In this document: positions 29,736 to 38,514 of the stretch, in pieces
Layout of the letters: each line of letters starts with the position of its first letter
Numbering within the stretch: position 1 is the first letter of the stretch
Source of the DNA: Candidatus Nomurabacteria bacterium
GTDB lineage: Bacteria > Patescibacteriota > Patescibacteriia > HK-STAS-PATE-3
Direction: 5' to 3'
Assembly (NCBI GenBank): GCA_023898465.1
Contig: CP060223.1
Location: 384,001-448,000, forward strand
Length of the DNA stretch: 64,000 nt
Made by a program: the position numbers and the translations under genes
Notes under the pieces: generated by a model
What the model saw: the letters and a program-made list of their open reading frames with translations, nothing else
Told to the model about the DNA's origin: nothing
Database searches by the model: none

Positions 29736-30850
29736 AGTGATCGAAAAGATTTAACTTCTTTTTTTTGGCGACTAATGCTGAGCAGTATACCTGCGGCGGC
29801 TAAGTTGATAACTAAAGCAGTACCACCGTAGCTCACAAAAGGCAAAGGAATGCCAGTCAAAGGTAGGATTCCTGAAAGCGCACCGATATTTACAAAGGCC
29901 TGCAAACCAAGCCAGGCGGTAATACCTGCGGCGAGTAACCTACCAAAGTCGTCAGGGGCTTGTCGGGCAGTTTGAAAACCGCGGTAAATAAGGAAGGCAA
30001 ACACTGCGAGAAGTGCGACCACCATGAGGAAGCCAAGCTCTTCAGCAATAACGGCAAAAATCGAGTCACCAGCAGCCTCAGGAAGATAATTAAACTTTTG
30101 CCTAGAATGTCCAAGTCCAACACCAAAGATGCCACCTGTCCCAATAGCCAGAAGTGCTTGATTAATGTGATAGCCGATTCCCTGCGGATCAAGGGCTGGG
30201 TTAAGAAAAACAGTTAATCGAGCAGCCCGGTACGGTGCAATTTTGATAAAAATGGCAAAAAGCGAAACAGCTATGGCCGTGATCCAAGCAAAGTGCTTAG
30301 CCGGAGCGCCAGCTACAAAATAGACAATAACCGCAATAAGTCCAATGACGGTCATGGTTCCTAGGTCTGGCTGAGCCATAACGAGTAATGTGATAATTCC
30401 CAGGATAACCATAAATGGGACAAAGCTATATATCGGTTCTCGAAATCCTTCTCGTCGCTTTTCTAACCAAGAGGCTAGGTAAACTAAGAAGGCTAATTTA
30501 ACAAGCTCGGTAGGCTGAAACTGCACGCCTAAATTAATCCATCGACGAGCGCCGAGGTATTCTTCTCCAATTCCAGGAACAAAAACCATGATGAGAAAAA
30601 CTATACTGAGGAAAAGCAAAAGTACGGCAAACTTTTTCCATAAATGATAATCAAGCCGCTGAATAATAAAGAAACCAGCCAGGCCGAGGACGGCGCTGAT
30701 AATTTGCCGTCGAAGTAAGGCATTCGAATCACCATATTGCTGAAAAGAAATCACCGAGGAGGCTGAGGAAAGCATGATCAGACCAAAGAGAACTAAACCA
30801 ACAATGGTGATAAGTAATGCGTAGTCAGCTTGTCGTAATTGATGGCGCAT
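29732..30850 (-). CDS. ftsW: SEDS-family peptidoglycan glycosyltransferase (FtsW/RodA)
   Basis: 372 aa with 10 TM helices, in a conserved position between murD and murG. Confidence 0.8.
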   Translation of the reverse strand: MRHQLRQADYALLITIVGLVLFGLIMLSSASSVISFQQYGDSNALLRRQIISAVLGLAGFFIIQRLDYHLWKKFAVLLLFLSIVFLIMVFVPGIGEEYLGARRWINLGVQFQPTELVKLAFLVYLASWLEKRREGFREPIYSFVPFMVILGIITLLVMAQPDLGTMTVIGLIAVIVYFVAGAPAKHFAWITAIAVSLFAIFIKIAPYRAARLTVFLNPALDPQGIGYHINQALLAIGTGGIFGVGLGHSRQKFNYLPEAAGDSIFAVIAEELGFLMVVALLAVFAFLIYRGFQTARQAPDDFGRLLAAGITAWLGLQAFVNIGALSGILPLTGIPLPFVSYGGTALVINLAAAGILLSISRQKKEVKSFRSL

Positions 30851-32289
30851 TAGTGCTTCTTTAGTAAGTGATGGACCGCTTTTCGAAAAGCATCGCCTCG
30901 GGCGTACGCATTAGTAAAGCTCGTGAAGCTGGCAGCAGCTGGAGAAAGTAAAACACTTCCCTTTTTTGTAAGAAGCTTGTTCGCAACATGCACTGCAGTG
31001 GGCATAGTATCAACCGGGCCATGCACTTTGGTGTAAGAAATATGTCGCAAACGCTCATGTAATTTTTCACTTGCTGGACCAGGCAAAAGTACTACATGGG
31101 CAATTTCCTGCTTAATTTTTTGCGCCAAAACGCTGAAATCTAGACCTTTATCACTTCCCCCGGCAATCAGCACCCTTGGTTTAGGAAATGCGTCTAAGGC
31201 TGCTAGTACAGCCTCTGGCGTTGTTGCTGTTGTATCGTTGATGTAGGTTATTCCCTTTACTTTTGCAATTACTTCTTGGCGGTTTTTTACTCCTTGGAAG
31301 CTGCGTAATCCTTTGCTGATTTTCGCACTCGGTACACGCAGTGCATCGGCAACCGCGATTGCCGCTAATGCATTCATTTGTGAGTGTTGACCGGGTAGTT
31401 GCAGATCATTGAGTTGAGCCAGTGTACGAGTCCCTGATCCGGGTGCTAGAAAAGCTTTTTGGCTCAAGCGGTAAATATTTTTTCCTTTTTTGGAGGCGCT
31501 GTACCATTGCACTGGTACCTTTGCCTTACGCAAAATTATTTTCAGCAGTTCATTATCTTGATTTGCAATAAGCACGTCACCCTTTTTCTGAAAAGCGGTC
31601 AGGAGTGATTTTGCCTGAATGTAGGCTTGCATGTTGGGATAATGATCTAGGTGATCCGGATAAATATTTGTGAAAACCGCCAGATGAGGACTCCACCCTA
31701 AATGAGCAACTGATTCCAACATCCAACTCGAGAGTTCAAGTACTACTGGATCATTTTCCTTAATCTTAAAAAGGAAATTTAACGGCGATACTCCAATATT
31801 TCCACCTAAAAAGACATTTGCATACTGTGTCTGCAGTAAAGTGGCAATTAAAGACGTGGTAGTTGATTTGCCGCGCGTTCCAGTAACGCCAATAGTGAGT
31901 TTTGATGGGCAATGCTGCACAAAAAAACTGATGTCGCTTTCTGTGGCAATGTTCTTTTTCCGTGCCGCTTGAAGAAAGGGTGAATCCTGCTGTACTACAG
32001 GGTTATAGATAACCAGATCCGTTTGTGTAAAATCACGCAGCTCATGTTTGCCAAATACATAGCGCGGCTTAAATTTCTGTAGCGCTTTTTTTGCAGCCTG
32101 GAAATGAGCAGGTGACTTTTCGTCAGTCACCGTTACTTTTGCACCAAGCTCACTAAAAAATTTCACCGAGGACCAGCCACTCCCCTGTTGAAACTGCCCT
32201 AAACCCATGACAGTCACGCGTTTTCCAGCCCACTCTTTCTTAAGTGCTTTACGTAAATCAGTTGCCTTTGTCAGCATTTTATTGGACAA
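30850..32289 (-). CDS. murD: UDP-N-acetylmuramoylalanine--D-glutamate ligase
   Basis: GVTGTRGKSTTT P-loop and the Mur ligase domains. Confidence 0.85.
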   Translation of the reverse strand: MSNKMLTKATDLRKALKKEWAGKRVTVMGLGQFQQGSGWSSVKFFSELGAKVTVTDEKSPAHFQAAKKALQKFKPRYVFGKHELRDFTQTDLVIYNPVVQQDSPFLQAARKKNIATESDISFFVQHCPSKLTIGVTGTRGKSTTTSLIATLLQTQYANVFLGGNIGVSPLNFLFKIKENDPVVLELSSWMLESVAHLGWSPHLAVFTNIYPDHLDHYPNMQAYIQAKSLLTAFQKKGDVLIANQDNELLKIILRKAKVPVQWYSASKKGKNIYRLSQKAFLAPGSGTRTLAQLNDLQLPGQHSQMNALAAIAVADALRVPSAKISKGLRSFQGVKNRQEVIAKVKGITYINDTTATTPEAVLAALDAFPKPRVLIAGGSDKGLDFSVLAQKIKQEIAHVVLLPGPASEKLHERLRHISYTKVHGPVDTMPTAVHVANKLLTKKGSVLLSPAAASFTSFTNAYARGDAFRKAVHHLLKKH

Positions 32290-33325
32290 AGAGATAGAAG
32301 CTTAATCCTAATACAGCCATAACTGCAGTAAGTACCCAGAAACGCATTACAATCTTTGTTTCAGGCCAACCAATTGCTTCGAAATGGTGATGCAGGGGGG
32401 TGGAAAGAAAGACTTTTTTCTTTCGAATCTTTTTTGAGCTTAATTGGATGATGACGGAAAGCGCCTCAGCAACAAACACAAAGCCAATAATTGGCAAAAT
32501 GTATACAGCGTTAGTAAGTATTGCCACTATTGCGAGTGTGGTACCAAGCGACATTGATCCCGTATCGCCCATGAAAAAGCGGGCCGGGTGGATATTAAAC
32601 CAAAGAAATGCAAGTAAGGCCCCGGAAATAACTGCGCAAAATGTTGCCAAATCAACACTACCCTGGCTAAAGGCAATTAGTCCGAAAACCGCAAAACAAG
32701 CAAGAAGCGTGCCGCCAGCCAAACCATCCAGCCCATCCGTTTCATTTACCGAAAATGACGTTGCCACAATCAGGAACACGATAATCGGTGCAAACCACCA
32801 GCCCAGGTCATAGTTCCCAAGAAAAGGAACATACATAGTGGTCCAATCAAGCTTAGCAACAAACCACCAGGCGCCAACAATAGCGATGGCGGTATAAATA
32901 ATGAGCTTGTGCCGGACGCGTAATCCACCTCCATTTGCGCCCATTTTACGCACATTATAGTAATCATCTAGCAACCCAACTAGTGCGGTAGCGATTAATG
33001 CACCGAGAGGTAAAAGGGTTTCTGAACGAGTAAGGAAATTGAGCTGTTTAAAGAAATCAAAGTCGCTTAAGAGTGCTATCCAAGCAATAACTAGCGCAAT
33101 AACTAAAGTAGTTACCCAGATAAGCATCCCACCCATAGTAGGGGTGCCTGACTTAGCTTGGTGCATTTTTGCGTAAATCGGTGCAGAATCTTCGCTTCGA
33201 ATTTGCTTACCTAACTTGTGACGATAGAGAAAGCTTGTCAGAAGTGGTGTCCAAAGTATCGTAACAATAAAAGCAAGTGTCGCGAGCGAGAAAACTTTGA
33301 GTACGGAAAAAGTATCGTGAAACAT
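32279..33325 (-). CDS. mraY: Phospho-N-acetylmuramoyl-pentapeptide transferase
   Basis: 348 aa polytopic protein with the DDxxN-like motif LLDDYYNVRKM. Confidence 0.9.
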   Translation of the reverse strand: MFHDTFSVLKVFSLATLAFIVTILWTPLLTSFLYRHKLGKQIRSEDSAPIYAKMHQAKSGTPTMGGMLIWVTTLVIALVIAWIALLSDFDFFKQLNFLTRSETLLPLGALIATALVGLLDDYYNVRKMGANGGGLRVRHKLIIYTAIAIVGAWWFVAKLDWTTMYVPFLGNYDLGWWFAPIIVFLIVATSFSVNETDGLDGLAGGTLLACFAVFGLIAFSQGSVDLATFCAVISGALLAFLWFNIHPARFFMGDTGSMSLGTTLAIVAILTNAVYILPIIGFVFVAEALSVIIQLSSKKIRKKKVFLSTPLHHHFEAIGWPETKIVMRFWVLTAVMAVLGLSFYLFVQ

Positions 33326-33697
33326 TTAAAAGAAGTTATAAAGCAAAAATCCTGTGCTGAGTGTAAGCATCACTTGTAGTAAAAACGCTCCACTCATAAG
33401 CACATCGGGCACAATTCGTTCGCGTCGAAAAAGAACACTAAAAAGAAAGTGCAAGAGAATAACAAGTAGCCCGATCGCGGGCATGTAGAAGAGCTGCTCC
33501 CATTGGCCGATTCTATCTATACCTAGCACAGTGCTATAATGCAGCGGCACAAAGTCGTCACTTGATTGGGCAAAGCGATATATAGCCAGCCAAATCGCTA
33601 TATTGAGCAAAAAGCTAAGCAACAGAAAAAGAGTTGCCCAACGATTTTTCCCAAATAATCGGATATTCGTTAGTATAGGAGAAAGTATTGGAACCAT
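33326..33697 (-). CDS. Hypothetical small polytopic membrane protein at the head of the dcw cluster
   Basis: 123 aa with 3-4 hydrophobic helices and no recognisable family. Confidence 0.4.
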   Translation of the reverse strand: MVPILSPILTNIRLFGKNRWATLFLLLSFLLNIAIWLAIYRFAQSSDDFVPLHYSTVLGIDRIGQWEQLFYMPAIGLLVILLHFLFSVLFRRERIVPDVLMSGAFLLQVMLTLSTGFLLYNFF

Positions 33698-35500
33698 ATG
33701 CAGGCAAGCTCACACAAATATCGCATAGCGCTGATAGGCGTGCTCCTCATCGTTGCGATCTTACAAATCTTTGGCGCTCTAGGTGATTCGCAAACAATTG
33801 ATGAAGGCGCCCACCTTGCCAGTGGTTATTCCTATTGGAAAACTGGCGATTTTCGTTTAAATCCCGAGCATCCCCCTCTCAGTAAGATGCTATCTAGCGC
33901 ACCGCTTTTACTGCTAAATCTGCAATTTCCAAGCGATGCACAAAGCTGGATCGATGCTAATCAATGGGACTTTGCTCGTGATTTTTTATACCATAATTTA
34001 GCTAATCCGCAAAGCCTCTTCTTTCTCGGTCGACTACCCATCATCGGACTCTTTTTGCTTTTGATCGCAGTTTTCTATTTCTTCTGCGAAAAACTTTTTT
34101 CACCGAGGGCCAGTCTTTTAGCGAGTATACTTTTTTCACTTGATCCAACCCTGCTTGCCCACGGCAGACTGATCACAACGGACGTGAGTCTTACTGCTTT
34201 TTATTTTTTCAGCACTATTGCTTTACTTGGATTTGTACAAAAACCAAATCTGCGACGCTTTTTCCTTTTTGCCTTTACTTTTACTATTGCTCAACTGGTG
34301 AAGTTCTCTGCACTTTTTCTATGGCCAATTTTTCTTACCTTAGTGCTCATTGCTCTCTTTATCAAAAAATACAACCGTAGCTACATTAGTGAAAAATTTA
34401 CCGCAAAGCGAGCTTTATTGTTATTACTTGGTCTTATACTTTTGTTTGCAATAAGCACATGGACAATATATGGTTTCGAGCTGCGAACGATTAGCACTAT
34501 ACCAAGTGTTGAGGGGTATTATGATCTAGTTGATATGAAGGGCTTTGAAGAGGCTTCCGGGGCACTTGTTGGTATCCCTTTTTGGGAAAATGTGCTTAAT
34601 CCTACACATTCATCGTCTCAATCCATACGAAATTTTGTTCATACCGTGCCAATCCCCGCCCTCCACTACTTTGACGGTATTATGGAGCTGGCATTGCATA
34701 ATTATTATGGTCACGGCACGTATTTATTAGGAAAAACCTCTAATTTAGGCTGGTGGTATTACTTCCCCATCGCCCTTATTATTAAACTACCAGCAGTAAT
34801 TTTGTTGCTCTTCCTGCTTTTCTTGTTTTGGCAAGCTCGTCAAGCTTGGCTACAAGTACAGACGAGCGCGGAAACACACCCCTTTTTCACTAGGGTGTGG
34901 CACTTTTTCCGCTCACGTAGTTTTTTAAGTTACTTGCTAGTTTTACCGCCGCTCATATATTTCCTCGTAAGTCTCACAAGTCATATTAATCTTGGCGTTC
35001 GGCATCTCTTACCTATCTTTCCTTTTATTTATCTTGCTGTTGCATTTATGCTGGATCGAGTGTTGCTGAGATTTTTTTATGGAAAAATAATTACCGGGAT
35101 ACTTTTTGGCATAGTACTGATTATGGCTGTACTTACCTACCCAAATCATCTTTCGTATTTTAGTGAGATAGTCGGCGGTGAACGTAATGGGCCAAAATAT
35201 TTACTTGATTCAAACCTTGATTGGGGTCAGGGGTATTATGATCTCAAAGAATATATGGATGAGAAGCAGATCGACGCAATCCGCGGCGTATTTTTCTTCT
35301 CTGGTGATCTCGATGTCTTAGGCATTCACCTTCTCCATCTGCCCACGAATGACGAAGTTGCGCAACAGGGTGCTCCATCTGGAATTTTAGCCATAGACGT
35401 TGGCACATTAGCGAATCCGGATTACCCATACACTTGGCTTTGGCAGTATCAACCGGTGAAAAAAATTCGCGGATCAATATTTATCTACGAGCTACCTTAA
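33698..35500 (+). CDS. GT-C fold glycosyltransferase (PMT_2 / ArnT-like, dolichyl- or undecaprenyl-phosphate-sugar dependent)
   Basis: The N-terminal DEGAHLASGYSYWKTGDFRLNPEHPPLSKML motif is typical of the GT39/GT83 family. There are more than 10 TM helices. Confidence 0.7.
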   Translation: MQASSHKYRIALIGVLLIVAILQIFGALGDSQTIDEGAHLASGYSYWKTGDFRLNPEHPPLSKMLSSAPLLLLNLQFPSDAQSWIDANQWDFARDFLYHNLANPQSLFFLGRLPIIGLFLLLIAVFYFFCEKLFSPRASLLASILFSLDPTLLAHGRLITTDVSLTAFYFFSTIALLGFVQKPNLRRFFLFAFTFTIAQLVKFSALFLWPIFLTLVLIALFIKKYNRSYISEKFTAKRALLLLLGLILLFAISTWTIYGFELRTISTIPSVEGYYDLVDMKGFEEASGALVGIPFWENVLNPTHSSSQSIRNFVHTVPIPALHYFDGIMELALHNYYGHGTYLLGKTSNLGWWYYFPIALIIKLPAVILLLFLLFLFWQARQAWLQVQTSAETHPFFTRVWHFFRSRSFLSYLLVLPPLIYFLVSLTSHINLGVRHLLPIFPFIYLAVAFMLDRVLLRFFYGKIITGILFGIVLIMAVLTYPNHLSYFSEIVGGERNGPKYLLDSNLDWGQGYYDLKEYMDEKQIDAIRGVFFFSGDLDVLGIHLLHLPTNDEVAQQGAPSGILAIDVGTLANPDYPYTWLWQYQPVKKIRGSIFIYELP

Positions 35501-35505
35501 TTTAC

Positions 35506-35534
35506 TTTACGTTTCAGCACTTCTCTGGTATAAT
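35506..35534 (+). promoter_or_regulatory. Sigma70-like promoter for the type IV pilus operon: -35 TTTACG, 17-nt spacer, extended -10 TGgTATAAT
   Basis: Read directly from the sequence: tttacg-N17-tggTATAAT, followed by an AGGGGG Shine-Dalgarno about 8 nt before the pilB ATG. Confidence 0.55.
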
Positions 35535-35581
35535 CAAAAGCGCAAAATCTAAACACAAGAGGTACTTAGGGGGTCAGGGGG

Positions 35582-37309
35582 ATGTCACACGAAGAAAAAC
35601 TCAAAGAAGCGCTGACGAAAGGAAAAATACTCAGCGTAGAACAAGTAGAAAAAGCCACGCTCGACGCTCGTAATAAGAACGCCGATCTTCGTGATTGGTT
35701 AGTGCAAGAAAATCTAGTTTCCGAGGCGATTTTATATGAAGCTTTAGCAAAAACCTACAAGCTTCCTTTTGTTGACCTGAAAAACCAAGTAGTTCGCGGA
35801 GATGTTTTGCACTTAATCCCCGAGCCTTTTGTGCAGATGCATAACGTTGTGGCTTATGATCGAAGCGGCGAAGTACTTAAAGTTGCCATGCTTGATCCAG
35901 ATGACCTACAGATTACTGAGTTCCTAAAACGCCGCATCCAGCAGCGTATAGAAATTGCGATTACCACACCGAGTAGTATTCGGGAAATACTAAAACAGTA
36001 TCATCGTGGACTTCGAGCGGAGTTTAAAGACATTACCAAGGTTGATGAGAAAGATGTTAGCTCGGAAAAGGACCTAAAAAAGCTTGCTGAAGACCTGCCA
36101 GTTGTACGGATTGTTGATACCTTACTCGAATACGCGATTTTTGAAGGCGCTTCTGATATTCACATCGAGCCGACTGAGCACGATACCATAGTACGCTATA
36201 GAGTTGATGGTATTTTGCGCGAAGTAATGACCCTGCCGAAAACAATACATAATGGCGTGGTAGCTCGCGTAAAAATCTTGTCAGATCTCAAAATTGACGA
36301 GCACCGTTTACCACAAGACGGTCGTTTTAAAATAAATACTGACGATCACAAAGTTTCCTTTCGTGTCTCCATTTTACCTGTGTATGATGGTGAAAAAATC
36401 GTCTTACGTATTCTGCACGAGTCAGCTCAGGTACTTACTCTTGAGCAGCTCGGTCTGCAGCAAAGTGCGTTAGAGCTTGTTAAGGCAAATATTAAAAAAC
36501 CGCACGGCATGATTCTGGTGACCGGACCGACTGGGTCAGGAAAAACCACCACGCTTTATACGATTCTCAACATATTAAATACGCCCAAGGTAAATATTTC
36601 CACTGTCGAGGATCCTATTGAATATCGCATGCCCCGGGTAAATCAAACCCAGGCCAACTCTCGAATCGGTTTAACTTTTGCTAATGGTTTACGTGCTCTG
36701 CTGCGTCAGGATCCGAATATCATCATGGTTGGTGAAATTCGCGATAATGAGACTGCCAATATGGCGACACAGGCTGCTCTAACTGGACACTTAGTACTCT
36801 CCACTCTGCACACCAATGATGCGGTTACCGCACTTCCCCGTCTCATTGAAATGGATGTGCCAACTTTCTTAATCGCCTCAACCACAAACGTCGTGATTGC
36901 ACAACGTTTAGTAAGAAAAATTTGCCTAAACTGTATTGAGAGCTACACCTTAACCAAGAAATCTATCGAGGAGCTAGAAAAGCAAATTAATGTTGAATTT
37001 ATCCTCAAAGCATTGCAAGCCGAGGGAGTTATTATGTCGAATAAGCAGTCCTTTGATGAATTACTTTTCTATCGAGGGAAAGGATGTAAACAATGCAATT
37101 CTGAAGGTTATAAGGGTCGTATAGGTATCTACGAGGTGCTGCAGGTATCTGATACTATTTCACGACTGATCATGGAGCAAGCAACGGCTGATCAAATACG
37201 CAAAGCAGCAATTGAGGAAGGCATGTTGCTTATGGTGCAAGACGGATTTATTAAGGCAAAAATGGGACTTACTACTATTGAAGAGGTGCTTCGAGTTACT
37301 AAGGAATAG
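35582..37309 (+). CDS. pilB: Type IV pilus assembly ATPase PilB (GspE family)
   Basis: N-terminal GSPII_E_N-like domain, Walker A GPTGSGKTTT, and a C-terminal CxxC...CxxC tetracysteine (CLNC...CKQC). Confidence 0.9.
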   Translation: MSHEEKLKEALTKGKILSVEQVEKATLDARNKNADLRDWLVQENLVSEAILYEALAKTYKLPFVDLKNQVVRGDVLHLIPEPFVQMHNVVAYDRSGEVLKVAMLDPDDLQITEFLKRRIQQRIEIAITTPSSIREILKQYHRGLRAEFKDITKVDEKDVSSEKDLKKLAEDLPVVRIVDTLLEYAIFEGASDIHIEPTEHDTIVRYRVDGILREVMTLPKTIHNGVVARVKILSDLKIDEHRLPQDGRFKINTDDHKVSFRVSILPVYDGEKIVLRILHESAQVLTLEQLGLQQSALELVKANIKKPHGMILVTGPTGSGKTTTLYTILNILNTPKVNISTVEDPIEYRMPRVNQTQANSRIGLTFANGLRALLRQDPNIIMVGEIRDNETANMATQAALTGHLVLSTLHTNDAVTALPRLIEMDVPTFLIASTTNVVIAQRLVRKICLNCIESYTLTKKSIEELEKQINVEFILKALQAEGVIMSNKQSFDELLFYRGKGCKQCNSEGYKGRIGIYEVLQVSDTISRLIMEQATADQIRKAAIEEGMLLMVQDGFIKAKMGLTTIEEVLRVTKE

Positions 37310-37311
37310 TC

Positions 37312-38514
37312 ATGTCGATTTTTACGTATACTGGAGTAAAAGCGGGTAAAAAGGTAAAAGGCAGCGTTGTTGCTGATACTCAAGAGCAAGCAAAGGCGCA
37401 AATTGAGACCAAGGGCTTGCAAATCAATGGCTTGAAAGAAGAAGCGCCTAAATCAGGTGTAATGGATAGGCTTTTGAACCGAGTTTCGATTGTTCAGAAG
37501 CTTTTTTTCACACAAAACCTTGAGGTAATGATACGTACGGGCTTTTCTCTTAGTCTTGCCCTGCAAACTCTCGCGCAGCAAATTAGCAATAAGCGCTTTC
37601 AGTGGATTATTGCGCAGATGACCAGCGATGTCCGGTCTGGAAAAACCTTTGCCTCAGCCCTAGAAAAGCACAAAGATGTGTTTAGTGAAGTTTTTGTGAG
37701 CATGATTGCAACTGGTGAATCGAGCGGTAAATTGCAGGAGGTCCTGAAACGACTTGCGGTGCAGCTAAAGAAAGATCATTTGCTTGTTGCAAAGGTAAAA
37801 AACGCGCTCACCTATCCTGTTATTGTCGTGGTTGCTATGGTCGCAATAGGCATAGCGGTAACTGTCTTTGTTGTACCTAAATTGGTCACTGTTTTTGAGG
37901 AAAGTAATGTAGAACTTCCACTTCCGACAAAAATTCTCATCACAACAAGCGACGTATTGATTCATTACGGATATCTCATCGCAATTGGCGTAGCACTCGC
38001 CGTTGTCGGATTTTTACGCCTCCTAAAGCTGAATAAAGTGCGCTATACCATGGATCGGCTTATTTTGAAGTTACCCATAGCTGGTCAAATAGTGAAAAAA
38101 ATTCACTTGGCTCAACTTACTCGTACTCTCTCTTCACTACTTGAGACTGATATACATATTGTTGAGAGCTTTCAAATTATTGCTCGGACAATGTCAAACA
38201 GTCAGTATCGCTTAGCCATAGAACAAGCAGCTGAAAAACTAAAAACTGGCTCAACAATTGCTACTGTGCTTGGCGAGCATCCTGATTTATTTACCCCGAT
38301 TCTCATACAAATGGTAACAGTTGGAGAACAAAGTGGATCTCTTGATCAAATCGCCAACGAGGTTGCTGACTTCTATGAATCAGATGTAGATGACACGATG
38401 AGTAATTTATCGACTATCATTGAGCCAATACTCATGCTCTTGCTGGGTGGCGCGGTCGCGCTTCTCGCGGTGTCGATTATTCTCCCCATCTATCAACTCA
38501 CCGAAGCCATTTGA
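37312..38514 (+). CDS. pilC: Type IV pilus platform protein PilC (GspF family)
   Basis: 400 aa with duplicated GspF-type domains and three TM segments. Confidence 0.85.
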   Translation: MSIFTYTGVKAGKKVKGSVVADTQEQAKAQIETKGLQINGLKEEAPKSGVMDRLLNRVSIVQKLFFTQNLEVMIRTGFSLSLALQTLAQQISNKRFQWIIAQMTSDVRSGKTFASALEKHKDVFSEVFVSMIATGESSGKLQEVLKRLAVQLKKDHLLVAKVKNALTYPVIVVVAMVAIGIAVTVFVVPKLVTVFEESNVELPLPTKILITTSDVLIHYGYLIAIGVALAVVGFLRLLKLNKVRYTMDRLILKLPIAGQIVKKIHLAQLTRTLSSLLETDIHIVESFQIIARTMSNSQYRLAIEQAAEKLKTGSTIATVLGEHPDLFTPILIQMVTVGEQSGSLDQIANEVADFYESDVDDTMSNLSTIIEPILMLLLGGAVALLAVSIILPIYQLTEAI

